Of a stretch of DNA of 64,000 bases, positions 9,953-20,569 are shown in pieces; within the stretch, counting starts at the first letter, position 1; each line of letters opens with the position of its first letter. The notes beneath the pieces are model-generated. The model was not told the origin of the DNA and made no database searches. It saw nothing but the letters and a program-made list of their open reading frames with translations. The translations under genes and the position numbers were made by a program. The stretch comes from Nitrospirota bacterium. Lineage in GTDB: Bacteria; Nitrospirota; UBA9217. The DNA is taken from positions 640,001 through 704,000 of the forward strand of contig CAWIYV010000011.1 of assembly GCA_963840455.1 (NCBI GenBank), written 5' to 3'.

Positions 9953-12900
9953 TCACATTTCTGCTTCGACCTTTCTCTTTTCAAACCAGCTGTAAACCGA
10001 AGGGATAATCAACAACGTAAGCAGCGTTGAAGTAAACAACCCGCCCACAACAACGGTAGCCAATGGCTTTTGTATTTCAGAACCGGTTCCGCTGGCCAGC
10101 AGCATCGGCAGTAAACTGAAAATTGATATTGATGCCGTCATCAATACCGGCCTTAATCGGTCAAGGCTTCCCTTTCTGATCGCCTCCTGCAGTTCATGTC
10201 CTTCTTCCCGCAATTGCGAGATGCGTGATACCAGCACCAGCCCATTCAAAACAGCAACGCCAAAAAGAACGATAAATCCAACTGACGCCGGCACGGACAA
10301 ATATTGCCCGGACAGATAGAGAGAGAAGACCCCGCCGATGAGTGCAAACGGCAGGTTGGAAATAACCAGCAGTGACAGACTGACCGATCTGAACGATAAA
10401 TACAGGAGAAGCATGATCAGGCCTACGGCCGCGGGTCCGATGATCATCAGTTTGGTCATCGCTCTCTGCTGGTTCTCAAATTGCCCGCCCCACGTAAGAT
10501 AATAGCCGGCCGGTAGTTTGACCTGAGCACTGATCTTCTGTTTTGCTTCGGCAACAAAGCTGCCGATATCCCGGCCCGTGATGTTCAGTTCAATACCGAT
10601 CCGGCGCATCCCGTCCTGGCGGCTGATCTGGACCGGCCCTTCAATCATCTTCACTTCAGCCAGCTGTTCGAGCGGAATATTGATGCCGGTTTTCGCGGTA
10701 ATCATCAGGTTCTTGATTGCTTCCAGGGAATTGCGCTTCTCCTCCGGCAGGCGCACAGTGATGGGGAAGTTGCGGTTTTCCTCGTACAGCTGCGATGCCG
10801 CCTTGCCGGCTACGGCAATCTCGATCACCTTCTGTACTTCACTGATGTTCAGGCCATAGCGGGCGATCTTCGAGCGGTCGATGTTGACGGTCAGGTAGGG
10901 CTGCCCGGAAACCTTTTCCGCATTCAGATCGGTGCCGCCTCTGATCGTGGAAAGCACCTTGGCGATCTTCGCCGATTTTTCGCTGAGCGCATTGATATCT
11001 TCGCCAAAGAGCTTGAGGATCAGCTGCGCCCGGGTGCCTGCCACCAGTTCGTCGATGCGGCACTGGATCGGCTGGCTGAATCCGAAGGTGATCCCCGCGA
11101 TCGACTCCAGCGATTTCCGCATCTTATTGGTCAACTCTTCTTTTGATATGTCCCGTTTCCATTTGCTCTTCGGTTTGAAGATCCCCACGTAGCCGGTCTT
11201 GTCCGTGCCTCGCGTGTCCAGGGCGACCCCGGTCTGTCCGATTCGTCCCACGATGGTATCCAATTCCGGGAACTGCTTTAGCTTGTCGGCAGCCTGCTGA
11301 TTCACCTCCATCGCTTTTGCCAGGGAAACTCCGGGAAGCATGGACACATCCATATCGAAAGCGCCTTCATCCATGATCGGGATGAATTCCGTCCCCAGTC
11401 GGGTTACCAGAAAGAGCGAAGCGACCAGGAGAGCTCCCGCTATGCCCAACACCACCTGTTTCCTGTTCATGGCATAATCGAGCATCGGCAGATAGAGCCG
11501 GTTTGCATGCCGCATGATGAAGCTCTCCTTTGACCGGTGCGGTTTCAGGAACAGGATACAGAGTGCCGGTATGACGAATACCGAGAGGAACAGCGAGGCG
11601 AGCAGGGCGATGGCGACCGTGATCGCCAATGGCCCGAACATCTTTCCTTCGATCCCTTCCAGCGAAAGGATAGGGATGAAGGTGAGCGCAATGATCAGTT
11701 CGCCGAAGATGCTCGGTTTTCTGACCTCCATGACCGCCCTGAGCACCGTAAATATTTTGGGGTGTCGGGCCCCCTCGTCACTCAGGTGCCGCTGGACGTT
11801 TTCAACCTGGATAATGGCAGTGTCGATGATCATTCCTATGGATATGGCCAGCCCCCCGAGAGACATCAGGTTTGCGCTGATCCCCGTAAGCTTCATGACT
11901 ATGAACGTTGCCAGGAGCGACAACGGTAATGCAATGAGAACCACGATACTGCCCCTGATGCTGTTCAGCAGCAGATAGAGCACGATCAGGACCAGCAGGG
12001 AACCCTCGATCAGCGCCTTGTTTACGGTGCTGACGCTCGCTTTCACAATATCGCTTCTGTCGTAATAGGGGACAATCCTGATCCCATCCGGGAGCACGTT
12101 GTTTTCGTTGATCTCCTTGACCTTTTCCGCAACCCGCCGCACCACGTCGCGGCTGTTTTCGCCGCGCAGCATCATGACGATGCCGCCGACACATTCATCC
12201 TTGCCGTTCTTTATGGCAGCGCCCATGCGGACAGCCTCGCCGATCTTGACCTGGGCTACGTCGCGAATAGAGGTCGGCGTCCCACCCGCCGATTTCAGGA
12301 CGATGTTTTCGATGTCCTTTACATCCTTTATCAGCCCTACTCCGCGGACAATAAACTGGTCTGCACCGCGTTCGAGCAGGTTCCCGCCGACGTTTTCATT
12401 ATTATTTCCGATCGCCGAAAACACCTCTTCCACAGTTACGCGGTGCTGCAGCAGCTTTTCCGGCGACACGATCACCTGGTACTGCTTGAAATACCCGCCG
12501 AAGGAGTTGATCTCGTTCACCCCGGCGACACTCTTCAGCTGCGGTGTGATGATCCACTCCTGAATGGTCCTCAGGTTGGTCAGGTAGGGAATCTTCTCCC
12601 GCGGGTCATCCGGCATAGTGCCTTCAAGGGTATATTGATAGATCTCACCCATGGCCGTGCCGATAGGTCCCATGGCGACCTCGACTCCCTTCGGAACCTT
12701 TTCCCGTGCCTCCGCCAGCCGTTCGAATACCAGCTGCCTGGCAAAATAGATATCAACATCATCCTTGAAGACGATTGTTACGATCGAGAGCCCGAACTTC
12801 GTGACCGAACGCATCTGCTCGATATCGGGCAGGCCGCGCATTGCCATCTCGATCGGGTAGGTTACATTTCGTTCGATCTCTATTGCCGATAGTCCGTCCG

Positions 12901-13057
12901 CGTGGCTGACAACTTCGACCTGGATGTTCGTAACGTCCGGAAAAGCATCTATCGGCAATTTCCAATAGGAGTACAATCCGGTTGTTACTATCAGAAGCGA
13001 AAGGAATATGACCATCCCTTTCTGCTTCAGCGTATATTCGATAATTTTTTCCAGCAT
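9953..13057 (-). CDS. czcA: CzcA/CusA-family heavy-metal RND transporter
   Basis: 1034 aa; LPIDAFPDVTNIQV, NLMSLGGLAI, RLRPVLMTA. Confidence 0.9.
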   Translation of the reverse strand: MLEKIIEYTLKQKGMVIFLSLLIVTTGLYSYWKLPIDAFPDVTNIQVEVVSHADGLSAIEIERNVTYPIEMAMRGLPDIEQMRSVTKFGLSIVTIVFKDDVDIYFARQLVFERLAEAREKVPKGVEVAMGPIGTAMGEIYQYTLEGTMPDDPREKIPYLTNLRTIQEWIITPQLKSVAGVNEINSFGGYFKQYQVIVSPEKLLQHRVTVEEVFSAIGNNNENVGGNLLERGADQFIVRGVGLIKDVKDIENIVLKSAGGTPTSIRDVAQVKIGEAVRMGAAIKNGKDECVGGIVMMLRGENSRDVVRRVAEKVKEINENNVLPDGIRIVPYYDRSDIVKASVSTVNKALIEGSLLVLIVLYLLLNSIRGSIVVLIALPLSLLATFIVMKLTGISANLMSLGGLAISIGMIIDTAIIQVENVQRHLSDEGARHPKIFTVLRAVMEVRKPSIFGELIIALTFIPILSLEGIEGKMFGPLAITVAIALLASLFLSVFVIPALCILFLKPHRSKESFIMRHANRLYLPMLDYAMNRKQVVLGIAGALLVASLFLVTRLGTEFIPIMDEGAFDMDVSMLPGVSLAKAMEVNQQAADKLKQFPELDTIVGRIGQTGVALDTRGTDKTGYVGIFKPKSKWKRDISKEELTNKMRKSLESIAGITFGFSQPIQCRIDELVAGTRAQLILKLFGEDINALSEKSAKIAKVLSTIRGGTDLNAEKVSGQPYLTVNIDRSKIARYGLNISEVQKVIEIAVAGKAASQLYEENRNFPITVRLPEEKRNSLEAIKNLMITAKTGINIPLEQLAEVKMIEGPVQISRQDGMRRIGIELNITGRDIGSFVAEAKQKISAQVKLPAGYYLTWGGQFENQQRAMTKLMIIGPAAVGLIMLLLYLSFRSVSLSLLVISNLPFALIGGVFSLYLSGQYLSVPASVGFIVLFGVAVLNGLVLVSRISQLREEGHELQEAIRKGSLDRLRPVLMTASISIFSLLPMLLASGTGSEIQKPLATVVVGGLFTSTLLTLLIIPSVYSWFEKRKVEAEM

Positions 13058-13088
13058 GATAGATGATCTCCCGCCCAGGAAAGGCTAA

Positions 13089-14351
13089 TTACTTGCCATG
13101 ACCATGTTCGTCGACGAGCTCGCCTTTTTTCAGCTCTGATTTGAGAATGAACGCGCCCTTGACGGCAACCGGCTCGCCCTTATTGAGTCCGCGAATTACT
13201 TCCAGACGCTTCCCCAACGTCCGGCCCACCGCTACCTCACGCATTTCGAACTTCTCCGGAGCGGTCTGAATGAAAACATAGTTCTTGGAACCGTCGAGAA
13301 AGACTGCCTCCTCAGGTATTATGATCGCTTTCTCCATCTGCATGCCCTTTGCGTCGATGGTCACGGTGGCGAACATGCCCGGTTTCAGGAGACGGTTCGC
13401 GTTCTCGACTTCCACGCGGGCCTTCACCGTTCGCGACTTTTCATCCATGATCTCGCCGAGATAGGATATAAAGCCCCGAAAGCTCTTCTCGGCATAGGCC
13501 GTTGTCGACACTTTGACCGCCGTACCCGACTTCACCCGCCCGAGATCTTTCTCGTAGATGTCTATGATCACCCAGAGCCTGGAGAGGTCGGCAACGATGA
13601 AGAGCGGTTTTTCGGGGCTCACGACTTCACCCTGTGTTGCCGTGCGCTCGATTACCGAACCGCTGATCGGCGAGGTCATAGCGATGAGCGGATGCTGATT
13701 ACCGCTCTGCTTGTTCCCGAACTGTTCGACATCAATCCCGAGCAGATGAAACTTCTCTTGCGCAAAGGTGAGGTCCGCCTCTGCCTCGGCCAGATCCTGT
13801 CGCGCCTTGATCACGTCCTTTTCCGGGGATATCTTCTTCGAGAACAAGGTTTCCTCGCGCTCAAGGTTCTTCCGCGCGAGTACGGCCCGGCCTTTCGCCT
13901 TCGCATATTCAGCCCATGCCTGCCCCAGCTCGGGGCTGTCGAACCAGGCAAGTGCCTGGCCGGTCTTTACCGCATCACCCTGGGACGCTACAATCTTCAC
14001 AAGCCGTCCCGAGGAGCGCGCGCTGATCTTCGCCACTCGGTCTCCGTCCAGCTCGATCGCGGCCGTCGCCTCGATGGGGGCTGAGAAAGGTTCCAGCGCT
14101 GCAGCCATAACTTCGACACCTGATGCCTTTTGCGCTTCTTCTGACAGGTGCACAACGGCTGCTTCCTCGCGGGTCTTTTCGTTTTCGTGCACCTCTGCAT
14201 GCTCCTTTTTTTCCGTCGATCCGTAAAACGACAGGACCGTGACGAGAAGTGCGATCGCACCAGCAGCTATGAGCGCTGATTTCCTGTTGCGCCGTGCTGT
14301 ATCTTCCATAGCTACCCATTTATCCCGGATCAATTCCTTCATGACCTTCAT
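13089..14351 (-). CDS. czcB: CzcB-like membrane fusion protein
   Basis: N-terminal TM, ADLSRLWV, LKPGMFA, His tail DEHGHGK; ATGA overlap with the upstream gene. Confidence 0.85.
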   Translation of the reverse strand: MKVMKELIRDKWVAMEDTARRNRKSALIAAGAIALLVTVLSFYGSTEKKEHAEVHENEKTREEAAVVHLSEEAQKASGVEVMAAALEPFSAPIEATAAIELDGDRVAKISARSSGRLVKIVASQGDAVKTGQALAWFDSPELGQAWAEYAKAKGRAVLARKNLEREETLFSKKISPEKDVIKARQDLAEAEADLTFAQEKFHLLGIDVEQFGNKQSGNQHPLIAMTSPISGSVIERTATQGEVVSPEKPLFIVADLSRLWVIIDIYEKDLGRVKSGTAVKVSTTAYAEKSFRGFISYLGEIMDEKSRTVKARVEVENANRLLKPGMFATVTIDAKGMQMEKAIIIPEEAVFLDGSKNYVFIQTAPEKFEMREVAVGRTLGKRLEVIRGLNKGEPVAVKGAFILKSELKKGELVDEHGHGK

Positions 14352-15574
14352 TTCTGGCTTCCTCCCGTTGCTTTTTCCCATGCGTTCAGCGCAAGCTGCA
14401 GCCGAACCTGCGACTCCAAATAGGCGAACTGGGCGTCGATGGTGTCCTTCTGCGCGAGCCGCACCTCAAAGAACCCGAATTTCCCCTCTTTGAAGGCTAG
14501 GTTCATGAGGCTCAGGTTTTCCATGGCCTTGCCGAGAACATCTTTCTTGAACAGGTTCAGCTCTTCCACCGCTGCTATGAGATTCGCGTGGGCTTCTTCG
14601 ATCTCCCGGACCACGATCCTCTCCAGAGACGCCTGTCTGATCAGGGCCTGCCCGGCTTTGGCAGCAGCCTCCTTCCGGTCCGCCTGCTTCCGGTCGAAGA
14701 AAGGAAGTGGGAACGACAGCATTACGCCTGCCTCGTTCAGCCCGGTGTCGCGGTTATAGAAACCTGAGACGGTAACGCTCGGAATCGCCTCGCGACCCGC
14801 CAGCTTCATGGCCGCTTTTGCCTGCTGAACCTCTGCGGCGGCGGATTGTACGTCGGATCGCTGCGGAGCGTCCGCGTCCCGGATCTTCTCCCTGTCGGGA
14901 ATAGCCGGGGTTTCCGATGGAAGCTCGCCTTCAACAGTGAAATCGGCAGATGGTTTCATGCCGAGAACCTCCTGCAGGCCGAGCAGCGCTTCCCGCCGCT
15001 CCCGCTCCGCGAGCATGCGATCACGCCTTGCTTTGCCGAGCTCCACATCGGCCAGATTCTGTTCGAGCGCCGAAATATCGCCTGTCTGGAACTTAACTGT
15101 TGCCGAGGCGACCAGTTCCTCCTGGAGCTTTACCGCTTCCTCTGCCAGGTCTATTTTCCGCTTTGCAGCAAGGGCTCGCGCAAAGGCGTCCTTGACCGCT
15201 GCAATAAGGACGCGCTCTCTGTCTCGAATGTCCAGGAGCGCCTTCTCCCGACCGCTTCTGGCGGCGTCTACGCGCAGGCCTCGTTGTCCCGCCAGCTCGA
15301 ATTCCTGAGATAGTCGTACTTCATAGTTTTTGGCCTTCTCGCCGCCGTCCGGCAGCGTGTCCTTCCTGGACAGACTTCCCTCGATAACCGGATTGCTTCT
15401 GAGCAACAACCCTGCCTGATCAAGTCTACCCTGGGCAGTGTCCTTCTCCAACCGGACGGACTGAAGGTCGGGATTGTTTTTGAGCGCCGTGTCCACCGCT
15501 TCGCCGACTGTTATGGCAAAGACCGGCTGCGCAAACAGCAATAAACTGCACGCAAAAATAGACATCCGTGTCAT
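14348..15574 (-). CDS. czcC: CzcC/TolC-family outer membrane factor
   Basis: Signal peptide, ALKNNPDL, LSQEFELAGQR, SFPLPFFDR. Confidence 0.85.
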   Translation of the reverse strand: MTRMSIFACSLLLFAQPVFAITVGEAVDTALKNNPDLQSVRLEKDTAQGRLDQAGLLLRSNPVIEGSLSRKDTLPDGGEKAKNYEVRLSQEFELAGQRGLRVDAARSGREKALLDIRDRERVLIAAVKDAFARALAAKRKIDLAEEAVKLQEELVASATVKFQTGDISALEQNLADVELGKARRDRMLAERERREALLGLQEVLGMKPSADFTVEGELPSETPAIPDREKIRDADAPQRSDVQSAAAEVQQAKAAMKLAGREAIPSVTVSGFYNRDTGLNEAGVMLSFPLPFFDRKQADRKEAAAKAGQALIRQASLERIVVREIEEAHANLIAAVEELNLFKKDVLGKAMENLSLMNLAFKEGKFGFFEVRLAQKDTIDAQFAYLESQVRLQLALNAWEKATGGSQK

Positions 15575-15689
15575 GAGTACACCTCACTTCGATTCAATTA
15601 ATTAGGAAAAGGGGCGCGAGCGCGCAAACACACACCGCACGACAAAGGTCGCTCGGGCACGATACGGATCATTGATAACGCTGCGGGGG

Positions 15690-16049
15690 TTAATTCTGAG
15701 GTGGCTTGGCGATGGAATACGAAGGGTCTGAAAATGCGATTAGCTTCGGGAGATGGTTCGTGTGGATGATCATAGACGGAGCGCCGCACCACGTATTAAC
15801 CACTGTAGCGGCGGTGTTGGCGCAAACGGGGCAAAGATCTTGCGCAGCGCTTGTTTCTTGCTGAGCGGGTCGATCGGCGTCAGACGACGAGATATTGGCA
15901 TCAGAATGATGCACGTCATCCGTAAAGCGCTGTTGCATATCCCGAAGCGGGACGATGTCCGCACAGTCGTCGCATGCAACCGCGTCCACTATAGGTGCGG
16001 CAATAACGCTTACCAGAAGAGTGAGTATGAGAAGTGATTTCAGCTGCAT
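15690..16049 (-). CDS. Small Cys/His protein (CzcI/DUF2946-like leader)
   Basis: Hydrophobic N-terminus, CDDC and CPVC motifs, C-terminal SIAKPPQN; directly upstream of czcC. Confidence 0.65.
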   Translation of the reverse strand: MQLKSLLILTLLVSVIAAPIVDAVACDDCADIVPLRDMQQRFTDDVHHSDANISSSDADRPAQQETSAAQDLCPVCANTAATVVNTWCGAPSMIIHTNHLPKLIAFSDPSYSIAKPPQN

Positions 16050-16204
16050 TAAGGTTGGATAATACGTCATTTTATCAAGCAACGCAATATCAAGTTAGGA
16101 TTATATTGGTCTTTATTATATCTATTGTAAAGCCTTAACGATGATAATTTATATCTAGGACGTGTGTGAAAGCCTCACAACTGGCGATTCAAATCCGAGT
16201 GGCA

Positions 16205-16485
16205 CATACCCTCAAAATTACCCCAACTTGTGATTGCTGGAAGACAAAAAAAGAGCTAAATCCGTTAGGGACTTAGCTCTGGTCTCCATCTGAGTTCGAT
16301 GGAGACTTTCGGAAAAAATCAAAATAACACTATTATATCAAATAGTTATTGTGGAGGAGGTGGGAATTGAATTGTTTGTCCAACCGCTCGATATTCCGCG
16401 TATATATTTTCGCGATATTACGAGATACCCCAAATAGATACCCCATGAAAGCTGGATGTTGTAAGACATTGCTGGACTAATTCGG
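16205..16485. repeat. Junction: type-A end, degenerate tmRNA copy (16349-16371), arm module
   Basis: 17/20 match to the core; IHF box TATCAAATAGTTA at 16336-16348; ATACCCC x2; ends CTGGACTAATTCGG. Confidence 0.9.
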
Positions 16486-16625
16486 CTTTCATAGCTCATC
16501 GAGATATCGTATGGGCCTATGTTAGCGGAACGCGAGCAAAAGGTAGAGCGCGTTTGAGCGGAGCGAGAATAAACTACTAGTGTTGAAGTATTCTTTGACG
16601 ATTGAACCTTCTGTTCATAATTCTT

Positions 16626-16955
16626 TCAGTTGCTAATATCCATTCCTTGAAGTCTATCAATTTCGGCCTGTCCGTACCATTTAAGGCAGAAGTAAAGGGT
16701 TCTCATTAATACCCAGGCGCCGGCTAAATCAGAAAGAAGGTAATTGACAACCTGCCAATCCTTTGCAAGTTCGTACCAATCGCTTTCATCCCAGCAACGT
16801 ACACGAGGTGGAAGATATGCAGAAGACATATTTTGGGCCCACTGTTCGCGCGCGCTCTTTTCCGCATAGTTTGAGAGCGCAGTGATCAGCTCGCTTATCT
16901 TCCCGACGTCAGGCATAGACACTATGGTATTTTCCATTATACAGCTCCTGTCCAA
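16626..16955 (-). CDS. Hypothetical protein
   Basis: 109-aa ORF with no recognisable motif. Confidence 0.35.
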   Translation of the reverse strand: MDRSCIMENTIVSMPDVGKISELITALSNYAEKSAREQWAQNMSSAYLPPRVRCWDESDWYELAKDWQVVNYLLSDLAGAWVLMRTLYFCLKWYGQAEIDRLQGMDISN

Positions 16956-17272
16956 GCCGGCCCTGCTGCGATATTTGGCTTTCTGCTGACCGTAAAACTC
17001 GGCACGAATCGGTGTTGCCGAGAAGTCCTGGGAGTAGCCCTCGCATATCCACCGGTTTGTGCCAACCTATTATCGTTGTTAAATTACAGCTTCTTCCCTT
17101 CCGGCGTATTGTGGAAGAACAGTGGCTCGCTATACTTGTCCTTGCCAAAATCGCGGATGATTATCTATGCCTCTCTGCTCAGTAGCACTCGTCCCGGTAA
17201 CGGCCCAAAAATCCCCTGAAGGGGTTTATGTCCCTTCAGGGGCAATTGGGAAGCAACGATGAATCTTGCAAA

Positions 17273-18454
17273 TTAGAATATGTAATTGATGCCGAAGGAA
17301 ACCACGGACGGGTCTTCGCCGGCTCCCGGTGTGAATGAACCGCCTGGACCGGCTGTGCCGAGGCCGTAGGTGGCATTCGTTTCGTTTTTTGTCTGCGCAT
17401 ATAGGGCGTAGATGGTGGCGCGCTTTGACAAAGCATGGTCGATGCCTACCGCCATCCACGTAGCGCCCGTATTAGTAGCTGGGTTATCGCCGTCACTGGC
17501 ATTTGCATAGGCAATCTTGATCGTCTCTTTTCCGAATGTCTGGCTGGCCGCGATGTACCAGGCGTTACGGGTCTTGTCGGAGTTGGGTTTTTCGTCCTTG
17601 ATCATCTCGTATACCGCCGAGATCTTCGTGTTCCCGAAGGTAAGACCTGCGCCGAACTTTGTCCCCTTGTTCTCGGAACCGTCCGAATCCCAGGTCGTGT
17701 AGCCGTTCTTGTGGATCTCGTAGGCCGCCGAGAAATATACGGGCTTTGCGTCATAAACCACCGATGCGGACGATAGGCTCGCGCTGCCGAGGTTGTTGTT
17801 GTTCGATTCCGTTCCCGAACTCGTACCCGTACTCGTATTGGTATTCCCCGTCATGGAACGCGACAAGGCGAAACTAATGCCGCTCCACGAGGGCGAAAGA
17901 TACACGACCGAATCCTTCGCCCGGAGCTCGAAATTCGCCGTTCCGTTCACAGTCCCGATCACAGCGTTGTAGTCGCCCATGGAATCAACGAACAGGTCCA
18001 GCTTGCCCGTGGACGTCTTGTACGGGGTATCATAGATGCCGAGAAGCAGCGTGCCGGCGGCCTTATGGCTTAGTCCTAGGAAGGTGTTCCGGTAGGTGAT
18101 CTTGTCGATGTCCGTCGTCTTTGAAGTCACCGGACTGGGTGTTACACTCGAAACTACTGTTGTCTGCGTTCCGTCCAGGTTGACTTGCAGTTCTAATTGG
18201 AATACCGCGTTCAAGCCATTGCCAACGTCCTCTGAGCCTTTGAAACCGAGGCGCGACGAGTTGGTTGAGACCTTGTACAGCTTTTGGTCAGCCGGGGACT
18301 TCGCTCCTGTGTCGATCATGTCGTAAGACACCTTTGCTGCACCATAGATCTCGATGTTGCCTTTGACCGTCGGCGCGTCGCCTTCTGCCGCCAGCGCCAG
18401 GGAGCTAATACTTACAAAAACCGCTAGTGAAAGACCTGCTGCAAATTTCCTCAT
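17273..18454 (-). CDS. Gram-negative porin
   Basis: Signal peptide, SRLGFKGSEDVGNGLNAVFQLE, C-terminal GINYIF; SD AGGAGG. Confidence 0.92.
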   Translation of the reverse strand: MRKFAAGLSLAVFVSISSLALAAEGDAPTVKGNIEIYGAAKVSYDMIDTGAKSPADQKLYKVSTNSSRLGFKGSEDVGNGLNAVFQLELQVNLDGTQTTVVSSVTPSPVTSKTTDIDKITYRNTFLGLSHKAAGTLLLGIYDTPYKTSTGKLDLFVDSMGDYNAVIGTVNGTANFELRAKDSVVYLSPSWSGISFALSRSMTGNTNTSTGTSSGTESNNNNLGSASLSSASVVYDAKPVYFSAAYEIHKNGYTTWDSDGSENKGTKFGAGLTFGNTKISAVYEMIKDEKPNSDKTRNAWYIAASQTFGKETIKIAYANASDGDNPATNTGATWMAVGIDHALSKRATIYALYAQTKNETNATYGLGTAGPGGSFTPGAGEDPSVVSFGINYIF

Positions 18455-18547
18455 CGCGCAACCTCCTTAGATAAGATATTTCCACGTTCTTGCGAATAGC
18501 TTGACTGCAGAATATACGAAGTGTCAGTAACTACATTATTGATAAAG

Positions 18548-18571
18548 CGTTATATATCATAGGGAATAACG
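18548..18571. promoter_or_regulatory. ModE-type operator over the porin promoter
   Basis: CGTTATATA-TCATAG-GGAATAACG, close to the ModE consensus CGNTATATA-N6-TATATANCG; minus-strand TTGACT at 18579-18574. Confidence 0.7.
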
Positions 18572-19027
18572 GTAGTCAAGCAAAAATGTGCCGGCAATTA
18601 CATGCGCTTCTTTCTAATTTGCCGTCCAGTGTGCAAAATTTTGTTTCGTCTCTTCCCTCTAATCGCAGCGTAAATGATATTTTCACTACGACATTGCGTC
18701 CATGATATAATTGGTGTTATACATAGTAGTCTGTTTTGGCTGGAGGTTCGATACAGTGGTTGCTGGAATGCTCGCATTCAGCGTTATTATTTTTTGGATA
18801 AGCGTTGCTATTAGCAAGCGGCGCGATAAAATGGAGAGGTCGGAAATTGCCACTTATATAGTGCTCATCGCTTGGGGATCGCTCTTATGGGGCTTATTTC
18901 TCATGAAATTCGCGAGATAGCCCTTGCATTGACGGGGTAGGATCGGAAGCTGCCACCAGTCTCTGATATTCAGCAAATGGTCCAAAGATTGATATTACAC
19001 AAATCATACTCATGAAGGAGGAACGCC

Positions 19028-19234
19028 ATGAAGTTAAGCACAAGAAATCAGATCAAAGGCAAGGTGATTGAGGTGAAGAAAGGTGCTGTCGCAGCAAAAG
19101 TGAAGATCGACATTGGCGGCGGTAACACGATCACATCCACGATCACGGCAGATGCTGTAAATGACCTCAAATTGAAGAAGGGTGATAAGGTTATCGCCCT
19201 TATCAAGGCCAGTAGTGTCATGATCGGCAAGTAG
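19028..19234 (+). CDS. mop: Molbindin (Mop/TOBE)
   Basis: MKLSTRNQIKGKV...ITSTIT...ALIKASSVMI; strong SD. Confidence 0.92.
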   Translation: MKLSTRNQIKGKVIEVKKGAVAAKVKIDIGGGNTITSTITADAVNDLKLKKGDKVIALIKASSVMIGK

Positions 19235-19313
19235 CACCTGCCCCAGCGAGGGTGATTTCTGCGGTTAAAGATATCACCTCGTTTTAGACAGCATCGGAGG
19301 ATGTCGTTCTGTC

Positions 19314-20501
19314 ATGGAATTGAGCATCAAGGACGAGAAGAGCGAGGATGCGAAGGCTCGGGCCGAGGCAGGCATTGCTGTTAAGACAAGGAATCAATAC
19401 AACCGCATGGAATGGGCCGGCGCTTTCGGCGACGTCGGAACGCTGATCCCTTTTGTCGTTGCATATATCACGATCGTGAAGATGCCTCCCCTCGGCCTTC
19501 TCTTCATGTTCGGCGTTATGCTGCTCGCGTCCGGACTCTACTACCGAACGCCGCTTCCCATCCAGCCCATGAAGGCCATCGGTGCGGCGGCAATCGCGGG
19601 AGGCATCAGCCCCGCTGCCCTGTACGGTGCAGGCTTTTCGACCGGGCTTTTCTGGCTTCTTGCAGGCATTACCGGAATTCTGCGGCCGATTGCCAAGCTG
19701 GCAACAAAGCCCGTTGTGCGCGGTATCATGCTCGGCCTCGGCCTCACGTTCATGGTTGACGGTGTCAACCGGATGAGAACAGCGCCCGTTCTGGCTGGCA
19801 TCGCCCTGGTCGTCACCTATATTCTCCTCACCAATCCCAAAGTCCCGGCAATGTTCATGCTCCTTATCATCGGCGTTTTGTCCGCGGTGATCATGAACCC
19901 TCAGCTTCTATCAGAACTGGCGAAGATCCACATCGGGTTCAACATGCCGGTGTTCAGCCTTCCGATGATCACCTGGAACGATTTTGTGACCGGCACGTTG
20001 CTTTTCACCCTCCCCCAGATCCCGCTGACCCTCGGCAACGCGGTCATCGCAATTACCGCCGAGAACAACGAACTCTTCCCTGATAGGCCGGTTACGGAGA
20101 AGAAAATTGCAATTTCTCAAGGCATCATGAACCTCATCGCACCCCTCTTTGGCGGCATTCCGATGTGCCACGGCGCCGGCGGCATGGCCGGACATGTCCG
20201 CTTCGGAGCAAGGACCGGCGGAGCACTGGTCATCCTCGGGACTTTGCTGATTTTCATCGCTCTTTTTCTAAGCGATTCTGTCTCCATTATCTTCAAAATA
20301 TTCCCAAACGCGATCCTGGGCGTAATCCTGTTCTTTGCCGGTTCGGAGCTCGCCATCGTTGTAAGAGATATCGGCGACAAGAAGGCCGACTTTTACGTGA
20401 TGCTCGTGGTTGCAGCTGTTGCCATGTGGAATATGGGAGTCGCGTTTCTCGTTGGCGTGATCATGGATAATGCACTCAGAAAAGAGTGGCTTAAGATTTA
20501 G
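19314..20501 (+). CDS. MOT1-family molybdate/sulfate transporter
   Basis: GAFGDVGTLIP, PLPIQPMKAI, PMCHGAGGMAGH.RFGARTGG. Confidence 0.88.
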   Translation: MELSIKDEKSEDAKARAEAGIAVKTRNQYNRMEWAGAFGDVGTLIPFVVAYITIVKMPPLGLLFMFGVMLLASGLYYRTPLPIQPMKAIGAAAIAGGISPAALYGAGFSTGLFWLLAGITGILRPIAKLATKPVVRGIMLGLGLTFMVDGVNRMRTAPVLAGIALVVTYILLTNPKVPAMFMLLIIGVLSAVIMNPQLLSELAKIHIGFNMPVFSLPMITWNDFVTGTLLFTLPQIPLTLGNAVIAITAENNELFPDRPVTEKKIAISQGIMNLIAPLFGGIPMCHGAGGMAGHVRFGARTGGALVILGTLLIFIALFLSDSVSIIFKIFPNAILGVILFFAGSELAIVVRDIGDKKADFYVMLVVAAVAMWNMGVAFLVGVIMDNALRKEWLKI

Positions 20502-20569
20502 ATTCTTTGATAGCCCCCCGACCGACACACATGCGATTCATATTGGGTAGAATTCCCGAAGGCGCTATT

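Larger units (their letters stand above)
8621..16348. mobile_element. Unit 6 (7.7 kb): heavy-metal efflux
   Basis: Lies between att copies 8601 and 16349; both end modules are partly truncated. Confidence 0.75.

Noticed and set aside
18711-18920. 69-aa hydrophobic ORF
   Set aside because: TTG start without SD and no motif; possible but unsupported.
20545-20557. GGGTAGAATTCCC, resembling an inverted T-arm secondary site near a unit boundary
   Set aside because: Too short to distinguish from chance.
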